Under the pieces are notes generated by a model that had not been told where the DNA came from, searched no databases, and was given only the letters and a program-made list of their open reading frames with translations. Below are positions 1 to 10,844 of a DNA stretch of 64,000 nt, piece after piece. The stretch comes from an uncultured Verrucomicrobiae bacterium (GTDB lineage: Bacteria; Verrucomicrobiota; Verrucomicrobiia; Limisphaerales; Palsa-1400), in assembly GCA_963764165.1 (NCBI GenBank), contig CAVXRD010000004.1, forward strand, positions 704,001-768,000, written 5' to 3'. Position numbers and translations under genes: made by a program. The first letter of the stretch is position 1; each line of letters opens with the position of its first letter.

Positions 1-20
1 CTTTCCATACACGCTGGGCC

Positions 21-2159
21 ATGATTTTCCGACTTATGAACCATCGATCTTCCTTCGGGCTGGCGCTGGCCGGCCTGCTTTGTCTCGCTCATTCAGCGCT
101 TGCGGAAAGCATTTCAATTGCCACAAAGCAGTTCACGCTGAGCTTCCAAACTGGCGGAGACCATCGTCTCTATCAGCAGCCCATCGGGATCAATCCGCCC
201 ACCTGGAAACCGGAGCGGGACGACGAGTCTTATCCGCAGTCAGGCGACGGTTATATTTGGGAACCCGCTTTGCAGGCCGTCCACGCGGACGGCAATACCT
301 CCACAGCCCTTATTTTTGACGCGGTCACACGAACCAATGCGACGGCTGACATTGAAGAAGTCCGCCTCCATCTCCACGACGCGGCTTACCCCTTTGAGGT
401 GACGCTCTGCTTTCGCGCACACCAAAGCGAAGACGTGATCGAAGAATGGACGGAAATCGTTCATCACGAAAGCGGCCCCGTCACGCTCGCGCGCATGGCT
501 TCCTCCTCCTTGTTGCTGGAGAACAACGTGTATTTGACACATTTTTTTGGCGATTGGGCCAAGGAAATGATGGCTCCGATCACGGAGCAAATCACGCCTG
601 GCGTCAAAGTGCTGGACTCGAAAATCGGGGTGCGCGCCTCGCAATTTCAAAATCCATCTTTTTTCCTTTCGCTCGGCGGCAAGGCCGCGGAAAACGAAGG
701 CCGCGTGCTGGCGGGTTCGCTGGCGTGGTCCGGCAGTTTTCAACTTGCCTTCGACAACAATGGGAAGGCCGTCCGAGCCTTGTGCGGCATCAATCCTTTT
801 GAGTCGTCGTATCGCCTTGGGCCCGGCAAATCCTTTGCCACACCGACGATGATCTGGGTTTGGAGCAGCCACGGCTTGGGCGAAATGAGCCGCAAGTTCC
901 ACAATTGGGCGCGTGATTTCGGAATGCGCGACGGCCACAAAACGCGCAGCGTCCTGCTGAACAATTGGGAAGCAACAGGTTTCGATTTTGATTTCCATCG
1001 AATTGCGGCGCTGTTCGGACCGGCAAAGGAAATTGGCTCGGAGCTTTTCCTGCTGGACGACGGCTGGTTTGGCAATGATTACCCACGCACCAATGACACC
1101 GCCGGTTTGGGCGATTGGCAGCCCAATCGCCAGCGTTTGCCCCAGGGCTTGGCTCCGCTGGCGGCGGCGGCCGTTCAACATGGGCTCCGCTTCGGAATAT
1201 GGATGGAGCCGGAAATGGTAAATCCCAACAGCGATTTGTTTCACGAGCATCCGGATTGGGTCATTCGCCAGCCAAAACGGCCGCTTGAATTGCAGCGCAA
1301 TCAACTCGTGCTGGATTTGACACGCCCTGCCGTGCAGGAATTCGAATGGAAAACGATTCAAGACATATTGCGCGTGCCGGGGATAACTTATGCCAAGTGG
1401 GACTGCAATCGTTATCTCACGCAACCGGGCTCGCCTTACCTCACCGGTGACCATCAATCGGAATTGTGGATTGATTACGTGGAGGCCCTTTATGCTTTGA
1501 TGGACAAAACCGCCAAGACCTTCCCCGACACCGAATTAATGCTTTGCTCCGGCGGCGGGGGGCGCGCGGATTATGGCGCCTTGAAATATTTCCAGGAATT
1601 CTGGCCGAGCGACAATACCGATCCGACCGTGCGCGTGCTGATGCAGTGGGATTATTCCTATTTCTTTCCGACGATGGCCTTAGCGAGCCACGTCACGCAT
1701 TGGGGCAACCGTCCGATGCACTTCGCGTGCAGTGTGGCAATGAGCGCGCGGTTCGGGATGGATTTGGATTTAACGAAAATGTCCAAGGAGGACAAAGCGA
1801 TCTGCGCTGGCGCCATTGGCGCCTATAAAAAAATCCGCGACATCACGGCGTTGGGAGACTTATACCGGCTGGAAGATCCGCACGGCAGTGAACGAGCCGC
1901 CATAAACTTTGTCGCGCCGGATCAATCGCGCGCGGTGGTGTTCGCATTTCAACTGCGTGACGGAACCAATGCCGCAATCCGACCGCAGGGACTTGCGGCG
2001 GCGAGACATTACACCATTCACGAATTGAATGCCGCACCGGGCCGCCAACCTATGGCGCATGAAGGCAAAACATTTTCAGGCGAAGATCTGATGCGCGACG
2101 GCATCGTGCCATCCTGCTCAAAAGCCCTCGAAGCCTCGGTAATTGAATTGAGCGAATGA
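21..2159 (+). CDS. Alpha-galactosidase, glycoside hydrolase family 36, secreted
   Basis: Signal peptide; NNWEAT, LDDGWFG, FGIWMEPEMV, YAKWDCNR, CSGGGGR and WPSDNTD motifs typical of GH36. Confidence 0.92.
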   Translation: MIFRLMNHRSSFGLALAGLLCLAHSALAESISIATKQFTLSFQTGGDHRLYQQPIGINPPTWKPERDDESYPQSGDGYIWEPALQAVHADGNTSTALIFDAVTRTNATADIEEVRLHLHDAAYPFEVTLCFRAHQSEDVIEEWTEIVHHESGPVTLARMASSSLLLENNVYLTHFFGDWAKEMMAPITEQITPGVKVLDSKIGVRASQFQNPSFFLSLGGKAAENEGRVLAGSLAWSGSFQLAFDNNGKAVRALCGINPFESSYRLGPGKSFATPTMIWVWSSHGLGEMSRKFHNWARDFGMRDGHKTRSVLLNNWEATGFDFDFHRIAALFGPAKEIGSELFLLDDGWFGNDYPRTNDTAGLGDWQPNRQRLPQGLAPLAAAAVQHGLRFGIWMEPEMVNPNSDLFHEHPDWVIRQPKRPLELQRNQLVLDLTRPAVQEFEWKTIQDILRVPGITYAKWDCNRYLTQPGSPYLTGDHQSELWIDYVEALYALMDKTAKTFPDTELMLCSGGGGRADYGALKYFQEFWPSDNTDPTVRVLMQWDYSYFFPTMALASHVTHWGNRPMHFACSVAMSARFGMDLDLTKMSKEDKAICAGAIGAYKKIRDITALGDLYRLEDPHGSERAAINFVAPDQSRAVVFAFQLRDGTNAAIRPQGLAAARHYTIHELNAAPGRQPMAHEGKTFSGEDLMRDGIVPSCSKALEASVIELSE

Positions 2160-2175
2160 CCCGAAAGCAATTGCA

Positions 2176-4089
2176 TTGAAAATAAGCCACCTCACCGGTC
2201 TGATATTTTTGTCCCTCAACCTTTCGGCATTTGCCGCGCCTAAGAATCACGAGTGGACGGTTGCGTCGCCAGACGGAAAATGCGCCATAACTGTTTCGCT
2301 CAGCAAAGAGGGACGCCTAAATTATCAGGCTTCTCGCGCTGGAAAAATCGTCATCGCCAACTCGCCACTTGGCCTGCGCCGTGAGGATCAGGACTTCGAA
2401 ACTTCCCTCGCATTGGATGCCGCGGGCGAAATCGAACAGCGCCGCGAAACGTATGATTTATTGGCGGGCGCCAATCCGCGCGTAAGTCATGTGCTCAACC
2501 GGCGCAGCCTGGCATTCCACAACACCAACGGCGCTTCCATTGTCATCGATCTGGCAGCAAGTGGTGAGGGTGTCGCTTTTCGTTACCGTTTTACCAATGT
2601 CTCGAGCACCGTGCATGTCGTGGAGTCCGAATCAACGGGCTTTGCCATTGGGGCGAAAGCGCGCGGCTGGCTGCAACCTTACCACGCGGCGGGACCGTAT
2701 ACGCCCGCCTATGAGGATTTTTATTTTCATGTTTCAGCCGGCGAGGCTCCGCCCGATTCGCGGCAGAAGGCGGTCGGCTGGGCTTTCCCCGCGCTTTTCA
2801 ACGTGTCTCGGTCTCATGCTTGGGTATTGCTGACGGAATCCGGAACGGATGAATCTTATTGCGCCTGCCATCTCGCGGCGGATTCGCCAGGAGGAATGTA
2901 TCGGATCGCCTTTCCGCTCTCGGACGAAACGACTCGGGGCTACACCAACAAATTCGGTCCAGAGCCGCGCTTCCGTTTGCCTTGGGTCATGCCTTGGCGT
3001 GTGATCGTCATGGCCGAGACGCCCAAAGAAATTGCCACTGAATCGCTGGTGACCGATCTGGCTGAGCCCTCAAGAATCGCGGATGCATCATGGATCAAAC
3101 CTGGTCGCGCCTCGTGGGCCTGGTGGTCGTATCCAGACGGTCCCGCCTCGAAAGCGCTCTTCGACGAATTCACGGATTTCGCGGCGAAAATGGGATGGGA
3201 ATACACACTCTTCGACGCCGGTTGGTGGGAGCCTGGATTGAGGCCCATTTCTAATCACGCCCTGAGCAAAGGTGTCCTTCCACTGGCTTGGAATTACGCG
3301 GGCGACTTTTACGACGACAAGAAGCGAAGCGACAAACTGGATGAGATGACCGCCGCTGGCGTCCGTGGAGTGAAGGTTGATTTTTGGTGTTCGGACCGGC
3401 AGGAGGCCATCGCCGCCCAGCAGGCTCTTATGAGGGATGCGGCGGCGCGCAAAATTGTGGTGAATTTGCACGGCTGCACCATTCCTCGCGGGTGGCAGAG
3501 AACATGGCCCAATTTTCTGAGCTGCGAAGCTGTCCTTGGGAGCGAATCGTATTTTTACGAGTCAAATTACACCGCGAAGGCAGCCGAATTGGACACCGTT
3601 CTTCCCTTTACCCGCAATGCCATCGGTCCGATGGATCTGACACCCGTGGCTTGTTCGCCTAAAAAATATGCGCGCACCACCACTGCGGCCCACCAATTGG
3701 CGGCGGCGCTGATTTTTACTTGCGGAATTGTTCACTACGCCGACCAGCCGGAATTTTTTGAGTCGCTGCCGCCCGAAGCACTTCAGATTTTTCGAGATGC
3801 GCCCGCACGCTGGGATGAGACCCGATGTCTCGCCGCCGACCCGGGCACCGATGTTGTTTTTGCGCGGAAGGCCGGGGCAAGTTGGTTCATCGCCGGCATC
3901 AATGGGACTTCCCAACCGCTGTTGGTCCGACTGGATTTGTCGGCATTCAAAGATTTCCCGCGCCGCACCCTGATCGCTGAGGGCGTCAATTCGCAAATGC
4001 TAGTAAGCGCCTCTCCGGTAAAGGCGTCATCATCCTGGCAGCGCAACCTTCCTGCGCGCGGCGGTTTCATCCTGCGGCTGGATCGGTGA
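2176..4089 (+). CDS. Glycoside hydrolase family 97 protein, secreted
   Basis: Signal peptide; SWIKPGRASWAWW, DAGWW, GVKVDF, NLHGCTIPRGWQRTWPN, PFTRNAIGPMDLTP and WDETR motifs. Confidence 0.88.
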   Translation: MKISHLTGLIFLSLNLSAFAAPKNHEWTVASPDGKCAITVSLSKEGRLNYQASRAGKIVIANSPLGLRREDQDFETSLALDAAGEIEQRRETYDLLAGANPRVSHVLNRRSLAFHNTNGASIVIDLAASGEGVAFRYRFTNVSSTVHVVESESTGFAIGAKARGWLQPYHAAGPYTPAYEDFYFHVSAGEAPPDSRQKAVGWAFPALFNVSRSHAWVLLTESGTDESYCACHLAADSPGGMYRIAFPLSDETTRGYTNKFGPEPRFRLPWVMPWRVIVMAETPKEIATESLVTDLAEPSRIADASWIKPGRASWAWWSYPDGPASKALFDEFTDFAAKMGWEYTLFDAGWWEPGLRPISNHALSKGVLPLAWNYAGDFYDDKKRSDKLDEMTAAGVRGVKVDFWCSDRQEAIAAQQALMRDAAARKIVVNLHGCTIPRGWQRTWPNFLSCEAVLGSESYFYESNYTAKAAELDTVLPFTRNAIGPMDLTPVACSPKKYARTTTAAHQLAAALIFTCGIVHYADQPEFFESLPPEALQIFRDAPARWDETRCLAADPGTDVVFARKAGASWFIAGINGTSQPLLVRLDLSAFKDFPRRTLIAEGVNSQMLVSASPVKASSSWQRNLPARGGFILRLDR

Positions 4090-6506
4090 ATATGATGCTA
4101 ACGAACATTTTCAAACGACTCGCTTCGCTTGCCTGGATTGGAATTGCGATGTCGTTGGTTGCCTCTGAGGATCCAGCGGGGTCATTAGAAAACCTCATCT
4201 GGTTTGATAAGCCCGCCGCAAATTTCACGGAATCCACTCCGCTGGGCAATGGCCGGCTGGGTGCGATGATGTTCGGCGGCGTCAAGGATGAGCGCATTGT
4301 GCTAAACGAAAGTTCGGTGTGGTCCGGCTCGCATCAGGACGCGGACCGCCCGGACGCCTACAAAAGCCTGCCTGAAATACAGGAGTTGCTGATCGAAGGA
4401 AAAAATGCCGAAGCCGAGGCACTCATGAACGCGAAGTTCACCTGCAAGGGCCCCGGGTCCGCCAACGGCACAGGGGATAGCCAGTTTGGATGCTATCAGG
4501 TGTTGGGAAATCTTCATTTGTCATTTTCAGGCGAGCCCGATGTGCCGTTTGAAAATTATCGCCGCGAATTAAATCTCGACGACGCGGTGGCGCGCATGGA
4601 ATTTACCCGCGGCGGCGTCACGTTTAAGCGCGAGATGTTCGCGAGCGCGCCGGATCAGGTAATGGTTTTGCGTTTGACAGCCAGCAAATCGAAACAGATT
4701 TCTTTCGACTTGCGCCTTGACCGTCCGGCGCGATTTGCAACCACCGCGGACGGCAATAATAGCCTGTTAATGACCGGCCGATTGGACAATGGCAAAGGTG
4801 GGGAGGGCATTCGCTATGCCGGCCGTGTGCGGGTTCTCATTCGAGAGGGGCAAATTTCCACTCATGGGAATCTTTTGGGCGTCAGCCATGCGGATGAAGT
4901 TCTTTTGTTGATTGCCGCCGCGACGGATTACCAGGGTTTTGCGGGCCGCCAGACAAAAGATCCGTCCGCCGCAACGCTGGACGATTTGAACAGAGCGGCA
5001 AAGAAATCTTACTCAACACTCCGCGAAGCGCACACTGCGGATTATCAAAAATACCACCGCAGAGTTTCGCTTCACCTCAACCCAACGGATTTGACGGCAG
5101 AGGCGAAGCCAACACCGGAACGTATTCGGTTGGCGAACAAAAACGGTGATCCAAGCCTGGCGGCGCTGTATTTTAATTTTGGCCGCTACTTGTTGATCTC
5201 CTCGTCCCGCCCCGGCGGACTGCCCGCAAACTTGCAAGGAATCTGGGCGGAGGAAATCCGCACGCCGTGGACGGGAGACTGGCATCTGGACATGAACGTG
5301 GAGATGAACTATTGGCCGGCGGAGGTCTGCAATCTATCGGATTTAGCGCAGCCCCTGTTCGCGCTCATAGCTTCGCTGCAAAAGCCGGGGGCGCAAACGG
5401 CCCGTGATTATTACCATGCAAACGGATGGGTGGCGCATGTGATCACAAATCCATGGGGATTTACCTCTCCGGGTGAGGTTGCTTCGTGGGGATCGACTTG
5501 CAGCGGTTCTGGCTGGCTTTGCCAACACTTGTGGGATCACTATTTATTCACGCGAGACAAAGAGTTCCTCAAATGGGCTTATCCCATCATGAGAGGCGCC
5601 GCTGAATTTTATTCCGACCTGCTGATTGAGGATCCCAGACATCATTGGCTCGTCGTCGCCCCGGCTAATTCACCGGAAAACCATTTTGAGATGCCTGACC
5701 ATCAGCAGCCGGCCATCGCTTTGGGGTCCGCCTACCAATCAGAAATCACGAGTTATTTATTCAATGCTTGCATCGAATCATCTGCGATTCTCGGTGTTGA
5801 TCAGGAGTTCCGAAGCAAGCTCGTGAGCCAGCGGAAAAAGCTTCTGCCGATCCAAATTGGACGGGACGGGCGTGTTATGGAATGGCCCGAGCCTTACAAG
5901 GAAGCTGATCCGCACCATCGGCATGTGTCGCACTTGTGGGGTTTATATCCCGGCGATGAAATCTCACCAGAAGCCGAGCCAGACCTCGCAGCCGCGGCGC
6001 GCAAAACGCTGGAAGCGCGGGGTGACAGCGGAGTGGGCTGGGCGCTTGCTTATAAGGCGCTTTTGTGGAGCCGATTGGAAAACGGCGACCACGCTTGGAA
6101 GCTGGTGCGCGCCGCGCTGGCGCCGGCCTCCGGCATGGATGTCCGGTACGATAATGGCGGCGGGGTTTATCCAAATCTATTTGACGCCTGCCCGCCCTTT
6201 CAAATTGACGGCAACTTCGGCATCACCGCCGCCATCGCGGAGATGCTTTTGCAAAGCGAAGCTGGCCGCATCCATTTGCTACCCGCGCTGCCCGCGGCTT
6301 GGAAAGACGGAATGGTTGCGGGCCTTTGCGCGCGGGGTGGTTTTGAAGCGGATATGTCGTGGAAGGACGGAGGCTTGGTTGCCGCGACGATTAAATCCGC
6401 CGCAGGCGGAACCTGCCAGGTTTCCTATCGAGGAAAAACGGTCATTGTTGGAATAAAGAAAGGAGAAAGCATCCACCTTGATGGAAGGCTTTCCCGTCAA
6501 GAATAG
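4086..6506 (+). CDS. Alpha-L-fucosidase, glycoside hydrolase family 95
   Basis: PLGNGRLGAM, FNFGRYLLISSSR, PANLQGIW, NVEMNYW, HHRHVSHLWGLYP and PFQIDGNFG motifs; GTGA overlap with upstream gene. Confidence 0.92.
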   Translation: MNMMLTNIFKRLASLAWIGIAMSLVASEDPAGSLENLIWFDKPAANFTESTPLGNGRLGAMMFGGVKDERIVLNESSVWSGSHQDADRPDAYKSLPEIQELLIEGKNAEAEALMNAKFTCKGPGSANGTGDSQFGCYQVLGNLHLSFSGEPDVPFENYRRELNLDDAVARMEFTRGGVTFKREMFASAPDQVMVLRLTASKSKQISFDLRLDRPARFATTADGNNSLLMTGRLDNGKGGEGIRYAGRVRVLIREGQISTHGNLLGVSHADEVLLLIAAATDYQGFAGRQTKDPSAATLDDLNRAAKKSYSTLREAHTADYQKYHRRVSLHLNPTDLTAEAKPTPERIRLANKNGDPSLAALYFNFGRYLLISSSRPGGLPANLQGIWAEEIRTPWTGDWHLDMNVEMNYWPAEVCNLSDLAQPLFALIASLQKPGAQTARDYYHANGWVAHVITNPWGFTSPGEVASWGSTCSGSGWLCQHLWDHYLFTRDKEFLKWAYPIMRGAAEFYSDLLIEDPRHHWLVVAPANSPENHFEMPDHQQPAIALGSAYQSEITSYLFNACIESSAILGVDQEFRSKLVSQRKKLLPIQIGRDGRVMEWPEPYKEADPHHRHVSHLWGLYPGDEISPEAEPDLAAAARKTLEARGDSGVGWALAYKALLWSRLENGDHAWKLVRAALAPASGMDVRYDNGGGVYPNLFDACPPFQIDGNFGITAAIAEMLLQSEAGRIHLLPALPAAWKDGMVAGLCARGGFEADMSWKDGGLVAATIKSAAGGTCQVSYRGKTVIVGIKKGESIHLDGRLSRQE

Positions 6507-6594
6507 TCGAAAATGCCAAATCAACAAGGGCCTGGACCACGGAGCGAGAGGCAGCCCCAGCCTTGAGATCCCATGATTGAGTGAATAAGCAAAA

Positions 6595-6665
6595 ATGGCG
6601 GAAGCGGTTGTTTCCGCGCCCATTTTGTCACCTTAGAAATCGAGGCAATATGGTATGATTCGCCA
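6595..6665 (+). repeat. Copy 1 of ~70-bp dispersed repeat (ATGGCGGAA..GGTTGTTTCCGCGCCCnTTTTGTCA..GATTCGCC)
   Basis: Direct match to 12660-12729 and 28244-28312. Confidence 0.85.
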
Positions 6666-6711
6666 GGTTTTAGAAATCAGCGAACAACGGAGCGCCGGTT
6701 GATAGAGTAAG

Positions 6712-6890
6712 TCAGGGCGAGCGGACTTGGTAGAAGCGGCGGAAATCGTTGGTTGCCGGTTGCGTAGTGAATTGGAAAACGCCCGAACCCATATTGGTGG
6801 CGTCGCCGACGACTGTCCAGTTGCTCGACGGCGAGGAAAGGCCCCTCGCGGACAATACACCAAAAGTCGAATTCGAATTGCCTTTGCTGC
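6712..6890 (-). pseudogene. Orphan 3' fragment of a secreted protein (C-terminal sorting-like domain)
   Basis: Minus frame reads SKGNSNSTFGVLSARGLSSPSSNWTVVGDATNMGSGVFQFTTQPATNDFRRFYQVRSP* with no attached N-terminal part. Confidence 0.6.
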
Positions 6891-6936
6891 GTAGTGCTGA
6901 GCAGACTCGAACCGATCTCGTAAATAGGAATGAGTT

Positions 6937-7590
6937 CTACAACACCGAACGATGCTCGATGGCAAAATGAAGCAAGCGGTGGGATCCTTGCATTTCCAAT
7001 TTCGCACGAATGTTCGCCAGATGAGTCTCGACCGTGCGATGGCTGATGAAGAGCTGTTCGCCGATCTGTTTGCTTGTCATGTTTTCGGACAGCAGCTTCA
7101 GCACGCGGCATTCCATCGGAGACAAGCTTTCCAAACCGGGGCTGGCCTTGCGCACAGCCGTGGCGCGCTGGCTGCGCTTGAGCAGATATCCGGAAATGCC
7201 GGGACTTAAAAATATTTCCCCCGCCGCCACGCTTTTGATGCCGCTGGTGACATCGGTGACTGCGTTGTCCTTGAGGATGTAGCCTTTGACACCGCAGTCG
7301 AGCGCCGCATTGACGATGGCCTCCCCTTTGCACATCGTGAGCACAATGACGTTGACAGGAGGCCGGAATTGCTGGAGCGCGCGCGCCAATTCCAGCCCGT
7401 CGCATTGGGGCAATTCAATGTCAAGCAAAGCGACGTCGGGCTTCAGCGCCTTGATTTGCGCCAGGGCCGTGGGACCGTCGCCCGCCTCGCCGACCACGGC
7501 CAACCTGGGATCGGCTTCGAGAACCTGGCGCAAGCCTTGGCGGAAGATCGGATGATCGTCCACAAAAAACACCTTTATTTTTTGATTCAT
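6937..7590 (-). CDS. NarL/FixJ-family response regulator (REC + LuxR HTH)
   Basis: VDDHPIFRQGL, LLDIELP, GYILKD, LSPMECRVL...ISHRTVETHLANIRAKL; ATG at 7590 overlaps the kinase stop (ATGA). Confidence 0.93.
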   Translation of the reverse strand: MNQKIKVFFVDDHPIFRQGLRQVLEADPRLAVVGEAGDGPTALAQIKALKPDVALLDIELPQCDGLELARALQQFRPPVNVIVLTMCKGEAIVNAALDCGVKGYILKDNAVTDVTSGIKSVAAGEIFLSPGISGYLLKRSQRATAVRKASPGLESLSPMECRVLKLLSENMTSKQIGEQLFISHRTVETHLANIRAKLEMQGSHRLLHFAIEHRSVL

Positions 7591-10500
7591 GCCTTTGGCT
7601 TCGGCAAAGGAACGGTGATTGTAAGGCGCGTGCCTTTGCCGCTGGCCGAGAGAATTTGAAAACTTCCGCCGATGAGACTGCACCGCTGCGCGATTCCTTT
7701 CAAGCCGAATCCGCTGCTTCCTTCCTCCTTCATCGCGGCGGCATCGAATCCCCTTCCGTCGTCCAGCAAGTCAAGGCGCAGGATGGGCGGCTCCCGCTTC
7801 AGTTCCACAATGACGGATGCCGCTTTGGAATGCTTGACAATGTTATTAATCGCCTCCTGTAAAATTCGATACAAGCTGATCTCCACTTCGGGCGGCAAAA
7901 GGCCTTGGACTTCATCAAGGTCCATGGAGAAACGAATGCCGCAGGCGACGGCCACTTTTCGGATCATGGATTCCGCCGCCCTCGTCAATCCGAGCCGGTC
8001 AAGCTCATACGGCCGCAAGGCGAAGGCTGTGGCGCGAATTTCCTCGATGGCGTTCCCGGCGCTCTCGGAAATGCGCCGGAGTTGTTCGGCCATCGCCGGC
8101 GAAGGATCGGAGCAAGCCAATCCCAGCACGGCCCGATTCTTAATCAGCAGCAATTCCTGGCCGAGACTGTCGTGCAATTCGCCGGCCATGCGCTTGCGCT
8201 CGGCCTCCTCGGCATTGATGAGCTGGCGCGAGAACTCCGCCTGGGCCGCATGCGCGCGCTTCAATTGCGCAATTCGATAATAAAATCCGGAAAAGACCGC
8301 CCCCCCCACCGCCAGCGCGAGCGCTGCGCGAAACCACCACGTCTGCCAGTATTCGGGCAGAACCAGAAGCTCCAGGCTTCCGCCGGCTTCATTCCAGACT
8401 CCGGCGCTATTGCAGGCGCTAACGTGAAAGCGGTAGTTTCCAGGGGGCGGACGGGTGTACCAGGCGATCTGGGACGTCCCGGCTTGCACCCAATCGGAAT
8501 CAAAGCTTTCCAACCGGTAACGAAAACGGTTCTTCTCAGGAGCTGTGAAGCTCAGCGCGGCAAAACGGAACTCCAGACGCAAAGTTCCGGCCGGTATCCG
8601 AACTTTGGCGCTTTCGGCGCCGGCCACAGCTTGCCCCGCCGGCAACTCCATCGAGTTTCCATCCGCCACCACCGCCTCGATCACCACTGGAGGCGGCACC
8701 TTGTTCTCCGGCAGGCGCAGCGGATCAATGACCGCCACTCCGTCCATAGTCGGAAACCAGAGCCGCCCGTCGGCGCCCTTCGCGGCCGCAGGCTCGTATC
8801 CGCTGCATTCGTTCGATGGCAGCCCGTCGGAGCGCGTGAACACCAAGAATTCAACTTGGCCTTTGCCGCTGTCGCAAAACTCATTTAATTGGCGCAGGCT
8901 CGCGCGCAGGATTCCTTGCGGCGTCGAAAGCCACAAGTTGCCCAAATCATCTTCGATCATGGCCTTGATGAAAGGAATCGGGAGGCCGTTGGTGGCGCGA
9001 ATGGCGGCAAACTTGCCATCTTTGCAGCGCGTTAGTTCACGACCACCGATCCATAGGACGCCTGCTGAGTCGCGGAAGAGCGATTGCACTGGTTTCCCGG
9101 CCAAGCCTTCGGCTGCCGCCAGAGATGTGATGTTTTCACCCTTTATCTGGCTCAATCCGCCGTCCGTGCCGATCCAGATGACACCGGAGCGGTCTTCCTC
9201 AATCGCATTGACACGGTTGTAACGCAGGCCGTTGGTTGTCGTCCAGGAACGGAATTTTCCGCTGGAATACCGGGACACCCCTCCCCTCAGGCCGCCAATC
9301 CACAAATCCCCAGTGCTGGCTTCAAAGAGGGCATCAACTGGCTCGCCCATGAAACCCGGATGTGAATCTGAGTCGATGCGCTCCCAAGGTGCCCCCGCCT
9401 GCTTATCCCACCAGAACAATCCCGCGCCGTAAGTGCCCACCCAAAGCCCTCCGTTGCGGGCATTTCGAACGCACCATGCCATTCTTTGCGGATCGTGGTT
9501 TGTGGTGAACCGAGCCCCATCAAAATGAACCAAACCACCTCCAAGTGAAGCCACCCAGACTGAGTTTGATCCATCGACCGCCAACGACAAGGCGACTTTT
9601 TTGCTCATTCCGTCCGCCACCCCCAAGGATTTCACAGCGCGGCGTTTTATGCGCACCAGCCCGCCACCGTCAGTTCCAAACCAATGGTTCCCTTCCCGGT
9701 CCACGAGTTCACTGGCAAGCGAGTCATTCGGAAAACCATCCTTCTGAGTCATGACAGACCAGCCCCCTGTGGATGCGCGGCATAATACGCCCGTTTCATT
9801 GGCAAGCCACCAATCACCCGCCGGATCCTCGGACAGGAGGAAATTGAAAATCCCGCCGGGAACGAGGTCCAAATCCGACAGCTTGCCGTTAGCAAAGAGC
9901 ACGAGGCGACCTGGTTGCATCAGGGTCAGCATCGCGCCGCCTCCATTCCGCAACGCGCGCAGGGCCAAGATCCCCCCCCGCACCCCTGGAACGATCGCCC
10001 ATTCTCCATCAATCAGCCGGGCGCATTGCTCGCGGCTCCACGTCCACGCGATTCCATTGACATCTACCTGAAGATTGCTCAACCGCCCCCAATCCGGCGA
10101 AGGAGGCTTGTCTTTTACCACCACGAAATGCCCCTGGTCATATTTCAGCAACCGGCCGTCTTCATCGCCGATCCATATTTTGCCATTCGCCGCCGCCAAG
10201 GCTGACGCTCCTCTCGCGGGCAGTCCGTCCGCCTCACCCAACTTGCGAAAACGCCCGTTCTGGCCCATGACGATTCCATTGTGCTCGTTCCGCATCCAGA
10301 GATTGCCCTGCGCGTCGGGGCGAAGGGTGGTGAAGATTTCCCCGGAAAGCTCCGGAAATCGATCGCTCGCAAACACTTCAAACCGCCGGCCATCAAACCG
10401 CGCCAGTCCGCCAAATGTTTCGAACCACAAGTACCCGTCAGAGGTTTGGGTCATGGATCTCACCGAGTTCTGGGGCAGCCCATCATCGCTATGCCAAACA

Positions 10501-10619
10501 TCGATGAGGTATTCCGAAGCGGCGCTGGGCAAGGTCGAATCCGCGGCGCTCACCGGCGGCAGAAGCAGCCGCGTTGCGGTGACTGCGGTGATTGAAAACC
10601 AGCGTAACGACCCACGCAT
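7587..10619 (-). CDS. Sensor histidine kinase with periplasmic beta-propeller repeats, Y_Y_Y domain and HisKA_3/HATPase
   Basis: Repeated DGLP...D..G.LW.GT..GL units; RFRYRLESFDSDW/PPPGNYRFHV; TM helix; ERKRMAGELHDSLGQ; QEAINNIVKHS, DDGRGF, GFGLKG. Confidence 0.92.
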   Translation of the reverse strand: MRGSLRWFSITAVTATRLLLPPVSAADSTLPSAASEYLIDVWHSDDGLPQNSVRSMTQTSDGYLWFETFGGLARFDGRRFEVFASDRFPELSGEIFTTLRPDAQGNLWMRNEHNGIVMGQNGRFRKLGEADGLPARGASALAAANGKIWIGDEDGRLLKYDQGHFVVVKDKPPSPDWGRLSNLQVDVNGIAWTWSREQCARLIDGEWAIVPGVRGGILALRALRNGGGAMLTLMQPGRLVLFANGKLSDLDLVPGGIFNFLLSEDPAGDWWLANETGVLCRASTGGWSVMTQKDGFPNDSLASELVDREGNHWFGTDGGGLVRIKRRAVKSLGVADGMSKKVALSLAVDGSNSVWVASLGGGLVHFDGARFTTNHDPQRMAWCVRNARNGGLWVGTYGAGLFWWDKQAGAPWERIDSDSHPGFMGEPVDALFEASTGDLWIGGLRGGVSRYSSGKFRSWTTTNGLRYNRVNAIEEDRSGVIWIGTDGGLSQIKGENITSLAAAEGLAGKPVQSLFRDSAGVLWIGGRELTRCKDGKFAAIRATNGLPIPFIKAMIEDDLGNLWLSTPQGILRASLRQLNEFCDSGKGQVEFLVFTRSDGLPSNECSGYEPAAAKGADGRLWFPTMDGVAVIDPLRLPENKVPPPVVIEAVVADGNSMELPAGQAVAGAESAKVRIPAGTLRLEFRFAALSFTAPEKNRFRYRLESFDSDWVQAGTSQIAWYTRPPPGNYRFHVSACNSAGVWNEAGGSLELLVLPEYWQTWWFRAALALAVGGAVFSGFYYRIAQLKRAHAAQAEFSRQLINAEEAERKRMAGELHDSLGQELLLIKNRAVLGLACSDPSPAMAEQLRRISESAGNAIEEIRATAFALRPYELDRLGLTRAAESMIRKVAVACGIRFSMDLDEVQGLLPPEVEISLYRILQEAINNIVKHSKAASVIVELKREPPILRLDLLDDGRGFDAAAMKEEGSSGFGLKGIAQRCSLIGGSFQILSASGKGTRLTITVPLPKPKA

Positions 10620-10844
10620 GGCTGGATCGTACAGGATAGCCAGACACTCATCAAGATTGAGAGCGATAGCGGAAGTGCGTTTCAAAGTCGTCACAAACAA
10701 ACCGCCTGTTTCAGTTCGCGATTGCGCAGCGGTTCGCGTTGCAGACTGCGTAGTACTTAGCCAAAATCCGCAATCCTACGTAGGCTAAAATAAGTAGGTT
10801 CGCGTATTCCCGGCTTCACCGCACTCGGCCAGAGTTGCCGCGTT